From positions 114,455 to 178,454 of the forward strand of contig CAVXQG010000003.1 of assembly GCA_963763925.1 (NCBI GenBank): a stretch of 64,000 nt of DNA. The letters are read 5' to 3'. Each line of letters begins with the position of its first letter. The stretch's first letter is position 1. Shown piece by piece: positions 11,103 to 22,449 of the stretch. This DNA comes from an uncultured Methanobacteriaceae archaeon. GTDB lineage: Archaea; Methanobacteriota; Methanobacteria; Methanobacteriales; Methanobacteriaceae. A program made the translations under genes and the position numbers. The notes below the pieces were generated by a model that was given only the letters and a program-made list of their open reading frames with translations, was not told the origin of the DNA and searched no databases.

Positions 11103-12074
11103 TTATTCTAGTTCAGACAATCTTTTAACTCTTTTAAGCATATTTGGATGGGTTGACAATAGTTCCATTAAACTCTGGCCGGTACCAACTTTCGTATCTG
11201 AGTATCTGAGCCTTGCAAGTTCATCTTCACTAATAACTCCATCTCTATTAAAGTCTAACTGTTGTAGATCATTTATTTCATTTCCTGCATCCGATATATC
11301 ATTCATAAAGAAAGCCTTTAAACCTGAAACTTCTTTTATAGACTCTTCACTGGCTGTTGCGGATCCATATACTAATTTATAGAGTGCACTTGCTAATTTA
11401 TGAGGTCTACCTCCTAATTCAACACTTCCTTGGTCGGCGTAGTATTCTCTTGTACGTGAAATGAATAAAACCAGAAGTTGTCCGATGATATAAGCACCAA
11501 ATGCAGCTATACCAATAATAATGCCATAACCTCCATTGTTGTTTCCACCCTGTCCAGAGAATAGGAAATTTAATGCTATAATATAACATATGAGAGGAAC
11601 AGCACTTACTAATGTCATTACTATCATATCGTTGTGTTTGATGTGGGACATTTCATGTCCTAAAACTGCTTCAAGCTCTTCCTTGTCGAGAAGTTTTAAA
11701 ATACCCCTAGTTACACAGATTCTACCATCACCTTTACTTTTTCCAAAGGCAAATGCATTTGGCACATCTATTTCAGCAATTCCAACTCTAGGTTTTGGAA
11801 CCCCTGCTTTCATTGCTAAATCTCCTATAATAGCATGTAATTTAGGTGCTTCTTGTTCTGATACATAATGTACATGCATTGAACTTTCGACCATTTTAGG
11901 TCCGAGCAGGTATTGGACAAATATGATGACCAATCCCAATACTCCATATACTAAATAACCTCCGACATGGAAATAACTACAAATAAGGAGGATAATTAAA
12001 TAAATTAGGCCAAATAATATAAGTGGCGCTAATATAAGTCTTAATTTAAGTGATAAATTACTAATTGTCTTCAT
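11103..12074 (-). CDS. htpX: Zinc metalloprotease HtpX (M48) with EF-hand-like insert
   Basis: PNAFA, HEMSH (HExxH), SRTREYYAD, STHP...R, four TM segments. Confidence 0.92.
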   Translation of the reverse strand: MKTISNLSLKLRLILAPLILFGLIYLIILLICSYFHVGGYLVYGVLGLVIIFVQYLLGPKMVESSMHVHYVSEQEAPKLHAIIGDLAMKAGVPKPRVGIAEIDVPNAFAFGKSKGDGRICVTRGILKLLDKEELEAVLGHEMSHIKHNDMIVMTLVSAVPLICYIIALNFLFSGQGGNNNGGYGIIIGIAAFGAYIIGQLLVLFISRTREYYADQGSVELGGRPHKLASALYKLVYGSATASEESIKEVSGLKAFFMNDISDAGNEINDLQQLDFNRDGVISEDELARLRYSDTKVGTGQSLMELLSTHPNMLKRVKRLSELE

Positions 12075-12255
12075 TCAAAACATCTCCGAATTATACTGTT
12101 TCAATGATCATATGAAACAACCTTTATAAATAACTATTTTTTTTATAATAATATTTTTATTACAGTAAAAAATTAATTATAAAATAAATTTATTTTTTTC
12201 TTAAATTTAAAAGGGAATATTTGGAGTAGTCTATACAAATTAATAATGTCTGATA

Positions 12256-12879
12256 TTAATTTTTATTAGCTTTATACTTGTATTTGTAAATTAAATAAAT
12301 AATAAATACTACAATTCCAATTCCAATAATTATATCCAGTATGTGGAAATAATTTCTTATCACTTCCCATTGTGGACCTAATAGAAATCCTAAATAGCCC
12401 AGTGCAAAACACCATGGAAGAGAACCAATGAATGTGTAAATAACAAATTTTTTAATGTCCATGTGTGCAATACCCGCAGGTAAAGAGATAAATGTTCTAA
12501 TTATAGGAAGAAGTCGGCTTATGAGAACTGCTTCGTATCCATATTTTTCAAACCAGCTATCTGCAAGATCTAGTTTACTATGGGTTATAAGAATATATTT
12601 ACCATATTTTTCAAGTAAAGGCCTTCCACCCACCGAACCAACAGCATAAGCTATTAATGATCCAAATAAGTTTGCAACTGTAGCAACCAGGGTTATTCCT
12701 AATATGGTCATATTGGTTGTTCCCTGCCATACCACAAACCCTGCAAATGGCATGGTGATCTCGCTTGGTAATGGTATGCATGCACTTTCAAGTGTCATTG
12801 CAATAAAAACTCCCCAGTAACCAAAGGTTTGAATGAGATAAATAGCTGTATTACTTAAGGTTTCAATTATTCCTATCAT
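12256..12879 (-). CDS. DedA-family membrane protein
   Basis: ESACIPLPSE, AYAVG..GGR, RLLPIIRTFISLPAG. Confidence 0.9.
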   Translation of the reverse strand: MIGIIETLSNTAIYLIQTFGYWGVFIAMTLESACIPLPSEITMPFAGFVVWQGTTNMTILGITLVATVANLFGSLIAYAVGSVGGRPLLEKYGKYILITHSKLDLADSWFEKYGYEAVLISRLLPIIRTFISLPAGIAHMDIKKFVIYTFIGSLPWCFALGYLGFLLGPQWEVIRNYFHILDIIIGIGIVVFIIYLIYKYKYKANKN

Positions 12880-13010
12880 GGAAATTTGTTAGTGAACATC
12901 ATTAAAAAAGTTTTTCCCATAATACTAACAATTTTTAGCCATATATGGAATCATTCTAATAACTCAACATTTTCTGAAATATAATGAATCATAGAATTAA
13001 ATTTAGATAT

Positions 13011-13950
13011 TTATCTATATTTATGAAATAGACTTGGTTCAAAATTTTGTTCTAATATTAAATTCTTATCCAACCTTTCAAGAGGCATCATAGATGTTGG
13101 TGGTATAGGGTTTCCTTTATGGGCCAATAAAATCCCATTTTTTTTATTTGCCGCCATAAATTTTCCTGCATCACCATTTACTATTATTTCACCCTTTATC
13201 ATATCAATGCCTGTAAAATCATCTGTATTGCCGTTTATAACAATTATACCGCCGTTTAAAAGTGCACCTGTGTTCTTGCCAGCTTTACCATTTACCCTTA
13301 CCATGCCTTTTTTCATTAAAATTCCTGTGCTTAGATCCACATTTCCATTGACAATTATCTCGGTATCAACATCAACCCTTGCCCCTACAGTATCTTTCAC
13401 CATTCCATCATTGATTATGAGCTTATGGCCGATTATTTGGAAACCTACAGGGATATCCTCATTCAAACCATGTTTAACAATATCAGTTATTGATCTAAAC
13501 TTTTTATAACCTTTAACATTTGATTTTACCTCTAAAATGTTTCCAACAGGTTCAGCTACATGTCCGCTGACGTAGATATTACCACTTACCATACTTATTC
13601 CCATTCTCGTGTCAACATCACCATCCACATAAACATCGCCCACCGATTAATTCTTCCCCCTTTCCATTAAAATAAACTAGATTTATTCCCATACTTGAAC
13701 ATAATCTGTGCCCAACATTGCCTATTATTTTGACACTACCACCATTTTTTAAATGTTCAACAAGTTTGCCAAATGTTAAATTATTTCCTGGCACTTTCCA
13801 TTTAGGATCCAATTTTTCACCTTTATGTTGCCAATGGAAATTATATGTGAAATCACATAGACAATCTACAGGTTCTTGAAGTTCCAATTCTAAAAATTCC
13901 TCTTCATTATGTTCTGGCTTTTTACCGAAGATTTTAAACAACAGTATCAC
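13011..13950 (-). CDS. FwdC/FmdC-like (GXGXG beta-helix) protein, interrupted by a +1 frameshift near 13645
   Basis: ORF 13618..13950 (ending GNVGHRLCSSMG...) and ORF 13011..13643 (repeated G-x-I-x-V-x-G-D/N units) join after removing one base. Confidence 0.7.
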
Positions 13951-14169
13951 CCCAAATAATGATTAAAATTTCCATTTATCAATTAGAATATTCCTATGAA
14001 TATTATTCTGTACTGAATTTTATAAATTTTTTTTTAAATATGAATCAATAATAAAATACATTTAATTTCTAAAAAAAAATATAAGTTTTAGTAGGTTGAT
14101 TTAAATATAGTATATTCCCTCTAGTTAAAAGTAAAACTGTGAAATAAAAAAAATTATTTATTCTTAAAA

Positions 14170-14883
14170 GTGTATAATATGAAACCCGAACCAAATAGAG
14201 AATTAGTGAAATTTTTACAGATAATAGGGGTAGACACCCGATTTGTTAGTATATTGGGCGGGCATATTTTTGTAAACAACCAAAGATTTTCCAGATTTTC
14301 AAATAAAAGACAAGAAACATTTATAAGGAAATTTCCAGATTATTCAATAAATAGATCTAAAATTTTCCAGAAAATATGTACAAGAGCTTCAAGGGTCCTT
14401 GCAAACGTATTAAAACCTGGTGAAAGGATTTTTATATACAATAATGATGAATGTTCAAAGTTTATCCTAGATGTGATTATGGAACCTTACACAAGAAAAT
14501 ATGGTATTAAACTTGTTCATGGTAGCACAATAGATGATGCAGTTGAATTTGATGTTGATTCAATTGTATCACCCTTAACACTTGATAATGAAGTTGAAAG
14601 TATATTGGATAACGTATTAAACGGTGAAAAAATAGAAGTTTATAATTTGAAAAATAGATATGACCCTGAAAATGATTTCAATGTGATCTATCCCCTATTA
14701 AACATACCGAGGTCATGGATAGGTTTATGGATAGGAAAATTGGGTTATGAATATAATTACACGGTAAATAATAGTTATGCTGTAGATCTCATGGAATTTT
14801 TCGAGGGATTTATTCCTGATGTACGTGAAAATATGCTTAAATCAGCATTATACCTAGTCAATGAATGTGTGTACAATGAGTAG
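14170..14883 (+). CDS. Hypothetical protein, weak resemblance to a degenerate PP-loop ATPase
   Basis: 237-aa ORF. TLDNEVESIL...IYPLLNIP resembles the C-terminal part of PP-loop proteins, but there is no SGGxDS motif. Confidence 0.6.
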   Translation: MYNMKPEPNRELVKFLQIIGVDTRFVSILGGHIFVNNQRFSRFSNKRQETFIRKFPDYSINRSKIFQKICTRASRVLANVLKPGERIFIYNNDECSKFILDVIMEPYTRKYGIKLVHGSTIDDAVEFDVDSIVSPLTLDNEVESILDNVLNGEKIEVYNLKNRYDPENDFNVIYPLLNIPRSWIGLWIGKLGYEYNYTVNNSYAVDLMEFFEGFIPDVRENMLKSALYLVNECVYNE

Positions 14884-14929
14884 GGATAAAAATTCGAATA
14901 TTATCATTTAAAAAAAAAGTATATTTTAT

Positions 14930-16438
14930 TTAAAAATTGAATAGTGAAGTTTGTGATTTGTCCTTTTCAATGTCCTCATCGGATTTTTCATTTTTATCAG
15001 AAGTTTTATCCTGTGTTTTAATAGATTTTTTATTTACCGGCTTTGTATTCCTTTTTTTATCTTCTTTTATCTTTTTATCAGATTTTGAATCTGATTTCTC
15101 TTCTTTTAAGGATTTTTTGTCCTTTAATTTTGAAGCAGATTTTTTCTTAGCTTTAGTTTTAAATCCACCTAAACCTTCATCTGACATCTTATTGGCTGTT
15201 ATAGGTTTTTTAGGTTTGGGTTTTTTAATTTTGATCTTTTTTGATCTGAACAACTTTACTTCATCGTCTGATAATCCATAGTAGGTTGCAAGGTCATAGG
15301 CTGTCTCATCGTTTTGGAACATGATCTCCATATATGGGAATTGTTCTTTCACAACCTTCTTTGAGGAGTGAAGTTGTTCACCCATCTTCTCAGCTACCCT
15401 ATCCTTCAAATCCCTTTTACTTCGGCTTTTAGAGAGCATTGTAAAGATTGAAGAGTTTGAGAACCTTGAAAATTTCCTATAAGTTTCATCCTTTGAGAGT
15501 GCAACACCCAAGCTCATAAGTTCGTATGTGTATTTCCAATATGTATATACACGTGTATTAAAAGCTCTTCCAAGGTAAATATCGGCTAATGAAATCATTT
15601 CATATGCTTTTTGAAGTTCATTAACCTTTTCATATTCTTTTGGAATGTTTTCAGCAATGAGCTCGAGTATAAAGGATGGTTCTACATCTAGCTTCATTGC
15701 ATCCTTTATTCTTCTAGGATTTTTACTCTTAAGTACTGTCCGGACAGAGTCAAAAATATTGGCTATGTCATCTTTCTTTGACAAAAATTCAAGGTCTTCA
15801 GAAGTGATCTTTTCTTTTCCACGTGCAATTACCTCAAGATCGTTTATGGCAGACCTGAGATCTCCATTTGATCTTTTAGCAAGATTTCTAATCACGTGTT
15901 CTTCAAATTCAACACCTTCTTTGACACATATTTTCTTAAGAATGGATACTATAGAATTGGTATGAACTTTACGCAGAATTAATGTGTTACATTTTGGTTT
16001 AAGACTTTTCAATCGTTTACTGTATGGATCGTTAGCCATCATGATCAAAGGGTGGTGCCCTTCTTTAATGATTTTGGTTATGGCTCTTGTACCTCCTCTA
16101 TCTTCAGTACCATGAATCCCATCTACTTCGTCCATTATAATGAGTTTGAGTCCATCACCATACAGAGATTTAGATGCTGAAGCCTCACCTATTGTATTAT
16201 TGATAATGTCATAAGATCTTTTATCACTTGCATTGAGTTCTATATATTCTGAGAACTCTTCAGCAGCTAAGTGTGCCAGTGTAGTTTTGCCTGTTCCAGC
16301 TGGACCTATGAGTAGCATACATTTCTGAGTGTTTCCATTCAGCCATTCCTCAGTCCATTCTATTATGGCGTCTTTAATCTTGATGTTTCCTAGAACTTGA
16401 TCAAAGTTCTTAGGACTATATTTTTCTGTCCACAACAT
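14930..16438 (-). CDS. rfcL: Replication factor C large subunit
   Basis: [25 protein letters not shown], Lys-rich tail and C-terminal PIP box QTSLFNF. Confidence 0.95.
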   Translation of the reverse strand: MLWTEKYSPKNFDQVLGNIKIKDAIIEWTEEWLNGNTQKCMLLIGPAGTGKTTLAHLAAEEFSEYIELNASDKRSYDIINNTIGEASASKSLYGDGLKLIIMDEVDGIHGTEDRGGTRAITKIIKEGHHPLIMMANDPYSKRLKSLKPKCNTLILRKVHTNSIVSILKKICVKEGVEFEEHVIRNLAKRSNGDLRSAINDLEVIARGKEKITSEDLEFLSKKDDIANIFDSVRTVLKSKNPRRIKDAMKLDVEPSFILELIAENIPKEYEKVNELQKAYEMISLADIYLGRAFNTRVYTYWKYTYELMSLGVALSKDETYRKFSRFSNSSIFTMLSKSRSKRDLKDRVAEKMGEQLHSSKKVVKEQFPYMEIMFQNDETAYDLATYYGLSDDEVKLFRSKKIKIKKPKPKKPITANKMSDEGLGGFKTKAKKKSASKLKDKKSLKEEKSDSKSDKKIKEDKKRNTKPVNKKSIKTQDKTSDKNEKSDEDIEKDKSQTSLFNF

Positions 16439-17404
16439 TTAATCTGCCTTTGCATTTATTAAAAATTTGGTTAAAAGGGCTTCAAGCTGGATTCTTGGAT
16501 TGGATCCTTCTCTTATCCTGTAGTCTGTCTCTCCAATACTTTCAATTAATTTTATATAAATATCTTCCCTTATAGAGTCTTCCAAAGCCATTCTTGATAC
16601 TTCTTGGTATATCTGGGTAACCATGTCTTCACCACTAGTACCTTGAACAACCATAACTTCCCTCAAGAGTTCTCTTGCACTCAAAAAATCGCCGTCTAAT
16701 GCTTTATTTACGATCTTTCTAACGTCTTTAGGTTTAGCTTTTGAAACAACATCATGTATGCTTTCTTCAGTGATTTCTTCATCCATGGATGCAGATGCTT
16801 GTAATATGTTTACTGCTCTTCTCATATCACCTTCAGCAAAGTAAACAATGCTTTCAATTGCACTTGTATTTATGTTTAAATTTTCTGATTCTGCAATGTA
16901 TTCTAGTCTCTTGATTATTTGATGCCCTTTAACAGGTGTAAATCTGAATATTGCACATCTGGACTGTATAGGGTCGATAATTTTAGATGAGTAGTTACAT
17001 GAGAGTATGAAAGATGATGTTTTAGTATACATTTCCATCTCCCTCCTAAGTGCGTGTTGGGCATCTTTGGTCATGTTGTCTACTTCATCGAGGAATATAA
17101 TTCTAAATGGAGATCCCACAGCTTTTAAACGACAAAAACTTTTAATGTCATTTCTTACAGTATCAATACCCCTTGCATCCGAGGCATTTAACTCTAAAAA
17201 GTTTTGTCTCCAGTATTCACCTAGCATTTCCTTTGCAAGTGCTATGGCTGTAGTAGTTTTTCCCACACCAGCGGGACCTGTAAACATAAGATTGGGCATA
17301 TTACCCTCTATAACGTATCTTTTAAGTCTTGAAATTGTATGATCTTGACCCACAACCTCATCTAAGGTTTTTGGTCTGTATTTTTCAACCCATGGTCCAT
17401 TCAA
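16439..17404 (-). CDS. rfcS: Replication factor C small subunit
   Basis: [23 protein letters not shown] motif. Likely TTG start at 17404 after GGTGAT. No intein. Confidence 0.95.
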   Translation of the reverse strand: MNGPWVEKYRPKTLDEVVGQDHTISRLKRYVIEGNMPNLMFTGPAGVGKTTTAIALAKEMLGEYWRQNFLELNASDARGIDTVRNDIKSFCRLKAVGSPFRIIFLDEVDNMTKDAQHALRREMEMYTKTSSFILSCNYSSKIIDPIQSRCAIFRFTPVKGHQIIKRLEYIAESENLNINTSAIESIVYFAEGDMRRAVNILQASASMDEEITEESIHDVVSKAKPKDVRKIVNKALDGDFLSARELLREVMVVQGTSGEDMVTQIYQEVSRMALEDSIREDIYIKLIESIGETDYRIREGSNPRIQLEALLTKFLINAKAD

Positions 17405-17546
17405 TAGTATCACCATTTTCATATTGTGTGCCATGATTATTAACTTTTATCTGGTAAAAGATCGTGGAGATTTTCATTAAAAATAAGTTAATAATATAAA
17501 ACAAGTATTTGATGTGTTTATTTAATAAAAAAATATTTAAATTGGA

Positions 17547-18746
17547 TTATTCTAAGAGATCTGCCATTTCAGGGTGTATTTTTTCTGTGATTCCCAGTTT
17601 GTGCATTACAGGTCCATATGAGTCGGTTATTATCCTAAATTCTGGTCTGACCATCCCTCTAAATGCTCCATAACCCATTACTTTCCCATAATTCTCTGTT
17701 ATTACCTCTATGATTTTGGTGAAATCTTTTGTAAATATTGATTCTCGATCTTCTACTGGTATCTTAGCAACATTTTCCCTGATCTTATTGAAGTCAATTG
17801 TTGAATTACTTTTGACTTTAACTCCATCAAGCAATATTTTACATTCTTCTAGTGGTAAAAATTTCTGTGTCAAACCCCTGGCAGGTGCAACACCCATAAT
17901 TTTACTGGCTCCAATTGACATTGCTCTGAATATAGATTCATAGATATCCAAAATAAGATCAGCACGATCCTCAACACTCACAGGAATTTCAACTACCTTT
18001 TTAATTTTTGGGAATGCTATTGGAGGTTTAATTACAGGTATGGTCTTTTCTTCTTTAACAGGAACTTCTAATTTCTCTTTGATCTGATTTTCAGATATTT
18101 CATTAACTTGAACTGGTTCTTGTTCTTTAATCTCTAATGATTCTAATTTTGCCTCTAATTCCTCAGGTTCAGAAATAAATGGCTCTTTGCTGATAAGTTC
18201 GGGTATAACTTCGGGTTTTGAATCTTCAGTTATTTCAACTTCTTCTACATCCACTTTAATTTTTTCAGGCTCAATTTTGTCCTCAACAAGCTCTAAAGGT
18301 TCTTTATTCACAGCTTTTGTTGAGATCTTCTGTGGTTTGACTATTTTATCATCTGCTTCAACAACTATCTTTAAATCTTTGGTTAATTCTAATATTCTTT
18401 CTGCTGCCCTTTTAGATGAAACCATGATAAGTCCGACGTTAGCATGATTTTTCATTAGCACTATTAAGTGTACTTTTCCAAGATCAAGAAATAGGGCTTT
18501 TCCATTTTCAGATTCAACTAGCACGCGTTGAATTTTTCCTTGTTTTGAAGAACTGATTAATCTTTTAGATGAACTGGTTATGACATTGGCCATCGGTCCA
18601 AATAGGCTTATATCAATATCTTGTAGTATGCGTTGGCCGAGTATGTCTCCATTGCAATCTACAATAAGGCTTCCCTCTACCCCATCCACCTTACCAAGAT
18701 CATTTACGATCCTTTCAAGTTCAACCTTCAAATTATTATCTTCCAT
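17547..18746 (-). CDS. Roadblock/LC7-domain protein with acidic linker and C-terminal helical domain
   Basis: First ~125 aa follow the Roadblock pattern (VDGVEGSLIVDCNGDIL...VLVESENGK...NVGLI), followed by an E/K/P-rich linker and a ~150-aa C-terminal domain. Confidence 0.8.
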   Translation of the reverse strand: MEDNNLKVELERIVNDLGKVDGVEGSLIVDCNGDILGQRILQDIDISLFGPMANVITSSSKRLISSSKQGKIQRVLVESENGKALFLDLGKVHLIVLMKNHANVGLIMVSSKRAAERILELTKDLKIVVEADDKIVKPQKISTKAVNKEPLELVEDKIEPEKIKVDVEEVEITEDSKPEVIPELISKEPFISEPEELEAKLESLEIKEQEPVQVNEISENQIKEKLEVPVKEEKTIPVIKPPIAFPKIKKVVEIPVSVEDRADLILDIYESIFRAMSIGASKIMGVAPARGLTQKFLPLEECKILLDGVKVKSNSTIDFNKIRENVAKIPVEDRESIFTKDFTKIIEVITENYGKVMGYGAFRGMVRPEFRIITDSYGPVMHKLGITEKIHPEMADLLE

Positions 18747-18971
18747 GGAATCACTAGTTTTAGATAGTTAATAACAAAACTAATCTTAATTTTCAATCTA
18801 TTATGTTTATCGTTTTATTAATGTCGAATTTAATGGATGTGGGTTTTTATTATGGTTAAATAAATTACAATTTTCATGTGGGATCCAAATTTTCATGAAT
18901 AATATATTTTTTTTATGGATTATCCACCATATCCATCTTTTTTGATATATATTTAATTTAAAAAAATAGAA

Positions 18972-18993
18972 AATGGGAAAAATATTTCCCATT
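18972..18993 (-). terminator. Hairpin plus T-tract after the hydrogenase large subunit
   Basis: Perfect 9-bp stem AATGGGAAA / TTTCCCATT 2 nt after the stop, followed by T-runs on the minus strand. Confidence 0.5.
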
Positions 18994-18995
18994 GA

Positions 18996-20444
18996 TTAGA
19001 TCATTTGTCTTTTTACAAGAATTCCATCGTTGTCATGAATATCTACTAAGAGTGGTGATTCGCCATTTATCATATGTGTTGCGCATGATAAACAAGGATC
19101 ATAAGCTCGTATAATCATTTCAAGTCTATTTTTAAGTCCTTCTGATATTTCTTCACCTTTGATCATGGCTTTTGCAGTTTCTCTAACACCGATATCCATT
19201 GAAAGATTGTTTTGACCTGTTGCAACAATGAGATTTGCCCTTTGAATAATCCCTGCACCATCAGTTTCATAATCATGGAATAATGTTCCTCTAGGTGCTT
19301 CTATAGCTCCAACTCCCCTCATTCTTACATCTGATTTCTGTGCATCATCAATACTCATTAATGGTTCACTTAATCCTGTTTTTATATTGGTGCCTGTTAT
19401 TGCATCGTCTTCTAAAAGTTCTACAGCCCTTTCTACAGAATACATTAGTTCTATGAGTCTTGCGTAATGATATAGGAGTGGATTTTGGGCCATTCCGTAT
19501 TTATCTTTGTATTCGCCGTAAAGTTCTGATGCTCTCTCTGTTGGAACACTGTCTACTATGTTAAGTCTGGCCAAAGGTCCTACACGGTAGTTTCCCTCGG
19601 GGAATCCGATCTGTTTCATGAATGGGAATTTCATATAAGACCATGGTTGCACCTTTTCCTCTATGTAATCCAGGTAGTTTGCTGTGTCAAATTCATATAT
19701 GGAACTTCCATTCTTATCCATCATTTTCATTGGACCGTCATAGAATTCAAGTGCACCACCCTTGGTTATAGCTCCAAATGATGTCTCTATAGGGCCTAGT
19801 GTTTCGATTGCATCTGCATATTGTTCAAATAAAGGCTTTGCAACTTCTAAACCTGATTCAACAAGTCCTATACCTTCTTTTACTGTTGGAAGAAGCGAAT
19901 CTCGTTCTGCAACACTCAGTGCTTTAGATTGACCACCTGGAATTGATGTAACAGGGTGTATTGGTTTACCTCCCACAACTGATGTAATTTCTTGTCCTAT
20001 CTTCCTGGTTTTAATAGCCATCTTGGCCAAGTCAGGATTATTCTTGATAATTCCAACCACATTACGTTCGGCAGGGTCTGAATCAGGTCCCATTACTAGG
20101 TCTGGTGCTCCAAGGAAGTAGAAGTGAAGTGCATGTGAGTGTATATATTGGCCAAGGAGAGTTAATTCCCTCAATTTTTTGGCTGTTTCTGGAGGTTGTA
20201 AACCGAAAACAGCATCAGTTGCCTTTGCAGACACTATATGGTGTGCCGTTTGGCAGACTCCACATATTCTTGGTGTTATTCTAGGTGCTTCTTCAACAGC
20301 AGCACCTTCTAGAAATTTTTCAAATCCTCTTATTTCCATTACATGAAAGTGAGCATCTGAAACATTTCCAGCGTCGTCCAATTGAACGGTGATTTTTGCA
20401 TGCCCTTCGATCCTTGATACTGGGCTTATTTCTATTTGTTTCAT
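18996..20444 (-). CDS. [NiFe]-hydrogenase large subunit, group 3c (MvhA)-like
   Basis: RIEGH, RGFE, L1 [20 protein letters not shown]2 DPCLSCATH followed by a C-terminal extension. ATG at 20444 after GGTGAT. Confidence 0.93.
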   Translation of the reverse strand: MKQIEISPVSRIEGHAKITVQLDDAGNVSDAHFHVMEIRGFEKFLEGAAVEEAPRITPRICGVCQTAHHIVSAKATDAVFGLQPPETAKKLRELTLLGQYIHSHALHFYFLGAPDLVMGPDSDPAERNVVGIIKNNPDLAKMAIKTRKIGQEITSVVGGKPIHPVTSIPGGQSKALSVAERDSLLPTVKEGIGLVESGLEVAKPLFEQYADAIETLGPIETSFGAITKGGALEFYDGPMKMMDKNGSSIYEFDTANYLDYIEEKVQPWSYMKFPFMKQIGFPEGNYRVGPLARLNIVDSVPTERASELYGEYKDKYGMAQNPLLYHYARLIELMYSVERAVELLEDDAITGTNIKTGLSEPLMSIDDAQKSDVRMRGVGAIEAPRGTLFHDYETDGAGIIQRANLIVATGQNNLSMDIGVRETAKAMIKGEEISEGLKNRLEMIIRAYDPCLSCATHMINGESPLLVDIHDNDGILVKRQMI

Positions 20445-20456
20445 GGTTATCACCTT

Positions 20457-21368
20457 TTATTTCTTGATCAATTCTGGGATCAATGAAACTTTTTTATCCT
20501 CCATTATAGTGCTTCCAATTACAAATCCGTATACAATATGTCCAATATCGTAGAGTTGTTTTTCAACGTCTTTATGGGGCATTTTTGAGATGTGAGATAT
20601 ACGATTTATAATGCAATTGTAAACATCATGACTTGGTTCTCGTAAAATATCCATTGAAGGACCTCCACATCCATGACATGGAACACCCGCAGCAGAGCAT
20701 AATGCACCGCATCTTCCAAGTGTAACGGAACCCATACAAACATATCCCTGGCTTAGGAAACATAAATCCGGTTCAGGTTCTCCTTCAATTCTTCTATGGA
20801 CTTTATCAAATTCAATGTGTTCCATTGTACGGCTGCAATCAGCACAAACAGATTTTTGAGGAACATTTGGTAATTCTCCATTTATTAAAGGTACCAGAAC
20901 ATCTTTGATTAGATTTTCCTTTGGTGGACATCCTGGAAGATAGAAATCTATCTCTGCCATATCACCAGCAGGATGAACTATTGGTAAAAGCTTTGGAACA
21001 ACTTCAGATGGTTGCTCAGATGACTCGGTACTTGGGTTGTCAGAAAAACTTCTTGCTGAAACATCTTCAGGACTGTAAAGATCTGCCATACATGTAATCC
21101 CACCGTAACATGCACATGTTCCGTAAGCTATAACTGCTTTAGATTTTTCTCTAATTTCTTTGAGTCTTTCCTTATTTTCCTCATTTCTAACCGAACCAGA
21201 AACAATTGCTATATCAATATTATCGGGTATTTCCTTAACATCCATTAAGATAGGTGCATAAACTAGATTGGCCTTTTCAAGAACACTAATTAAATCTTCA
21301 TGAAGATCTAGTATTGATACTTCACATCCAGCACAACTAGCTAATAATTCAAGGGCTATGTTTACCAT
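20457..21368 (-). CDS. [NiFe]-hydrogenase small subunit (MvhG-like)
   Basis: CAGC, GTCA, PGCPP proximal ligands; [15 protein letters not shown] and CGALC...PCHGC medial/distal ligands. No Tat signal. Confidence 0.9.
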   Translation of the reverse strand: MVNIALELLASCAGCEVSILDLHEDLISVLEKANLVYAPILMDVKEIPDNIDIAIVSGSVRNEENKERLKEIREKSKAVIAYGTCACYGGITCMADLYSPEDVSARSFSDNPSTESSEQPSEVVPKLLPIVHPAGDMAEIDFYLPGCPPKENLIKDVLVPLINGELPNVPQKSVCADCSRTMEHIEFDKVHRRIEGEPEPDLCFLSQGYVCMGSVTLGRCGALCSAAGVPCHGCGGPSMDILREPSHDVYNCIINRISHISKMPHKDVEKQLYDIGHIVYGFVIGSTIMEDKKVSLIPELIKK

Positions 21369-21934
21369 TATTTACCGCCCCATTTGATTGTTAATGTTTT
21401 AAGACAGGCATTGGGTCCTACATGATCTATGTCTAGTTTTCCTTTGATCCCCATGACCTCTTCAACAGCCCCAACAGTATATCCATATAAAAGGTAACAT
21501 AATGGTCCTTTCTGTGGAAGTCCTGTTCTTCTAAGGGTTTGTCTTACTACACAGTCCCTGAATATCAGTTTTACTACTGTTTCATTACCCTTTTCAATTG
21601 TGTATTCTGTTTGGTTGGCAGGTTTCCACATATCAAAGTAAAATTCAACACCTAATATTTCGCTTAACTCTTGCATTGCTTTTTCAAGGTTGTCAGTTTT
21701 TTCAACCATTTTGCCTGCTTCGTGTCCCATCCTTTTTCCTGCTTGGTATACAATTGCATTTGCACCACGGCCTGAAACCTGTTCTAAGGCACTTGACATC
21801 GAACCAACGAATTTCATAAGCACGTGAAGGGCTTCTTCATAATCATCAATTCCTCCCCCACATGCATCAGGAATAAGTTCGGGTTTGAAATCCCCCAATA
21901 CTTCTTTTTCTTCCCTTTCTATTTGATATTCCAT
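21368..21934 (-). CDS. V4R (4-vinyl reductase / hydrocarbon-binding) domain protein
   Basis: YQAGKRMG helix, RDC...[13 protein letters not shown]...C pattern typical of V4R domains. Its stop overlaps the small-subunit start (TAATG). Confidence 0.75.
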   Translation of the reverse strand: MEYQIEREEKEVLGDFKPELIPDACGGGIDDYEEALHVLMKFVGSMSSALEQVSGRGANAIVYQAGKRMGHEAGKMVEKTDNLEKAMQELSEILGVEFYFDMWKPANQTEYTIEKGNETVVKLIFRDCVVRQTLRRTGLPQKGPLCYLLYGYTVGAVEEVMGIKGKLDIDHVGPNACLKTLTIKWGGK

Positions 21935-21945
21935 ATGAAAGTCTC

Positions 21946-22197
21946 CTATATTATTTTTTTGAGTATTCCACTCACCTTTCTATCTATATAAAGCCGTTTA
22001 GCCACGTGAATATTCTTATGTTCCATTGCTTCTGATGGGCAGATTTCATGACACGACAGGCAAGCCATGCAATCATCTTCCTTTACAACTTTTGTCTTGT
22101 TTTTTTCTTCATCCATTTCATAGACATCGTTGGGGCAGTCGTCCACACAAGAACCGCATCCAACGCATGCATTTTCGTCTATTTCTATTTTTACCAT
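21946..22197 (-). CDS. 2x[4Fe-4S] ferredoxin
   Basis: [12 protein letters not shown] and [12 protein letters not shown]. Confidence 0.93.
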   Translation of the reverse strand: MVKIEIDENACVGCGSCVDDCPNDVYEMDEEKNKTKVVKEDDCMACLSCHEICPSEAMEHKNIHVAKRLYIDRKVSGILKKII

Positions 22198-22449
22198 CTA
22201 AACGCCTCTTAATCTTTTTAGGGTTATGGAAAGATTTTTATGTTACAAAATCAGTCCATTTTAATTATTTCATTTAAGACAATGCATTATTAATCTAATT
22301 ATATGGCTAATTCATTATTAATAAAACTTACACATTAAAAATCATTATCCCTGATCAATTAATTGATTCAATCACACTTTTATATAGATTTTATATGGCA
22401 AAGTTACAATAATCACAGATTAAAATTAAAATTAGTAAAAATAAGATTT

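Noticed and set aside
14930-15240. Low-complexity Lys-rich tract at the RfcL C-terminus
   Set aside because: A normal flexible linker before the PCNA-binding PIP box in archaeal RfcL.
18996-20444. Selenocysteine ([NiFeSe]) or split large subunit
   Set aside because: L2 motif is DPCLSC with Cys codons and the ORF is continuous.
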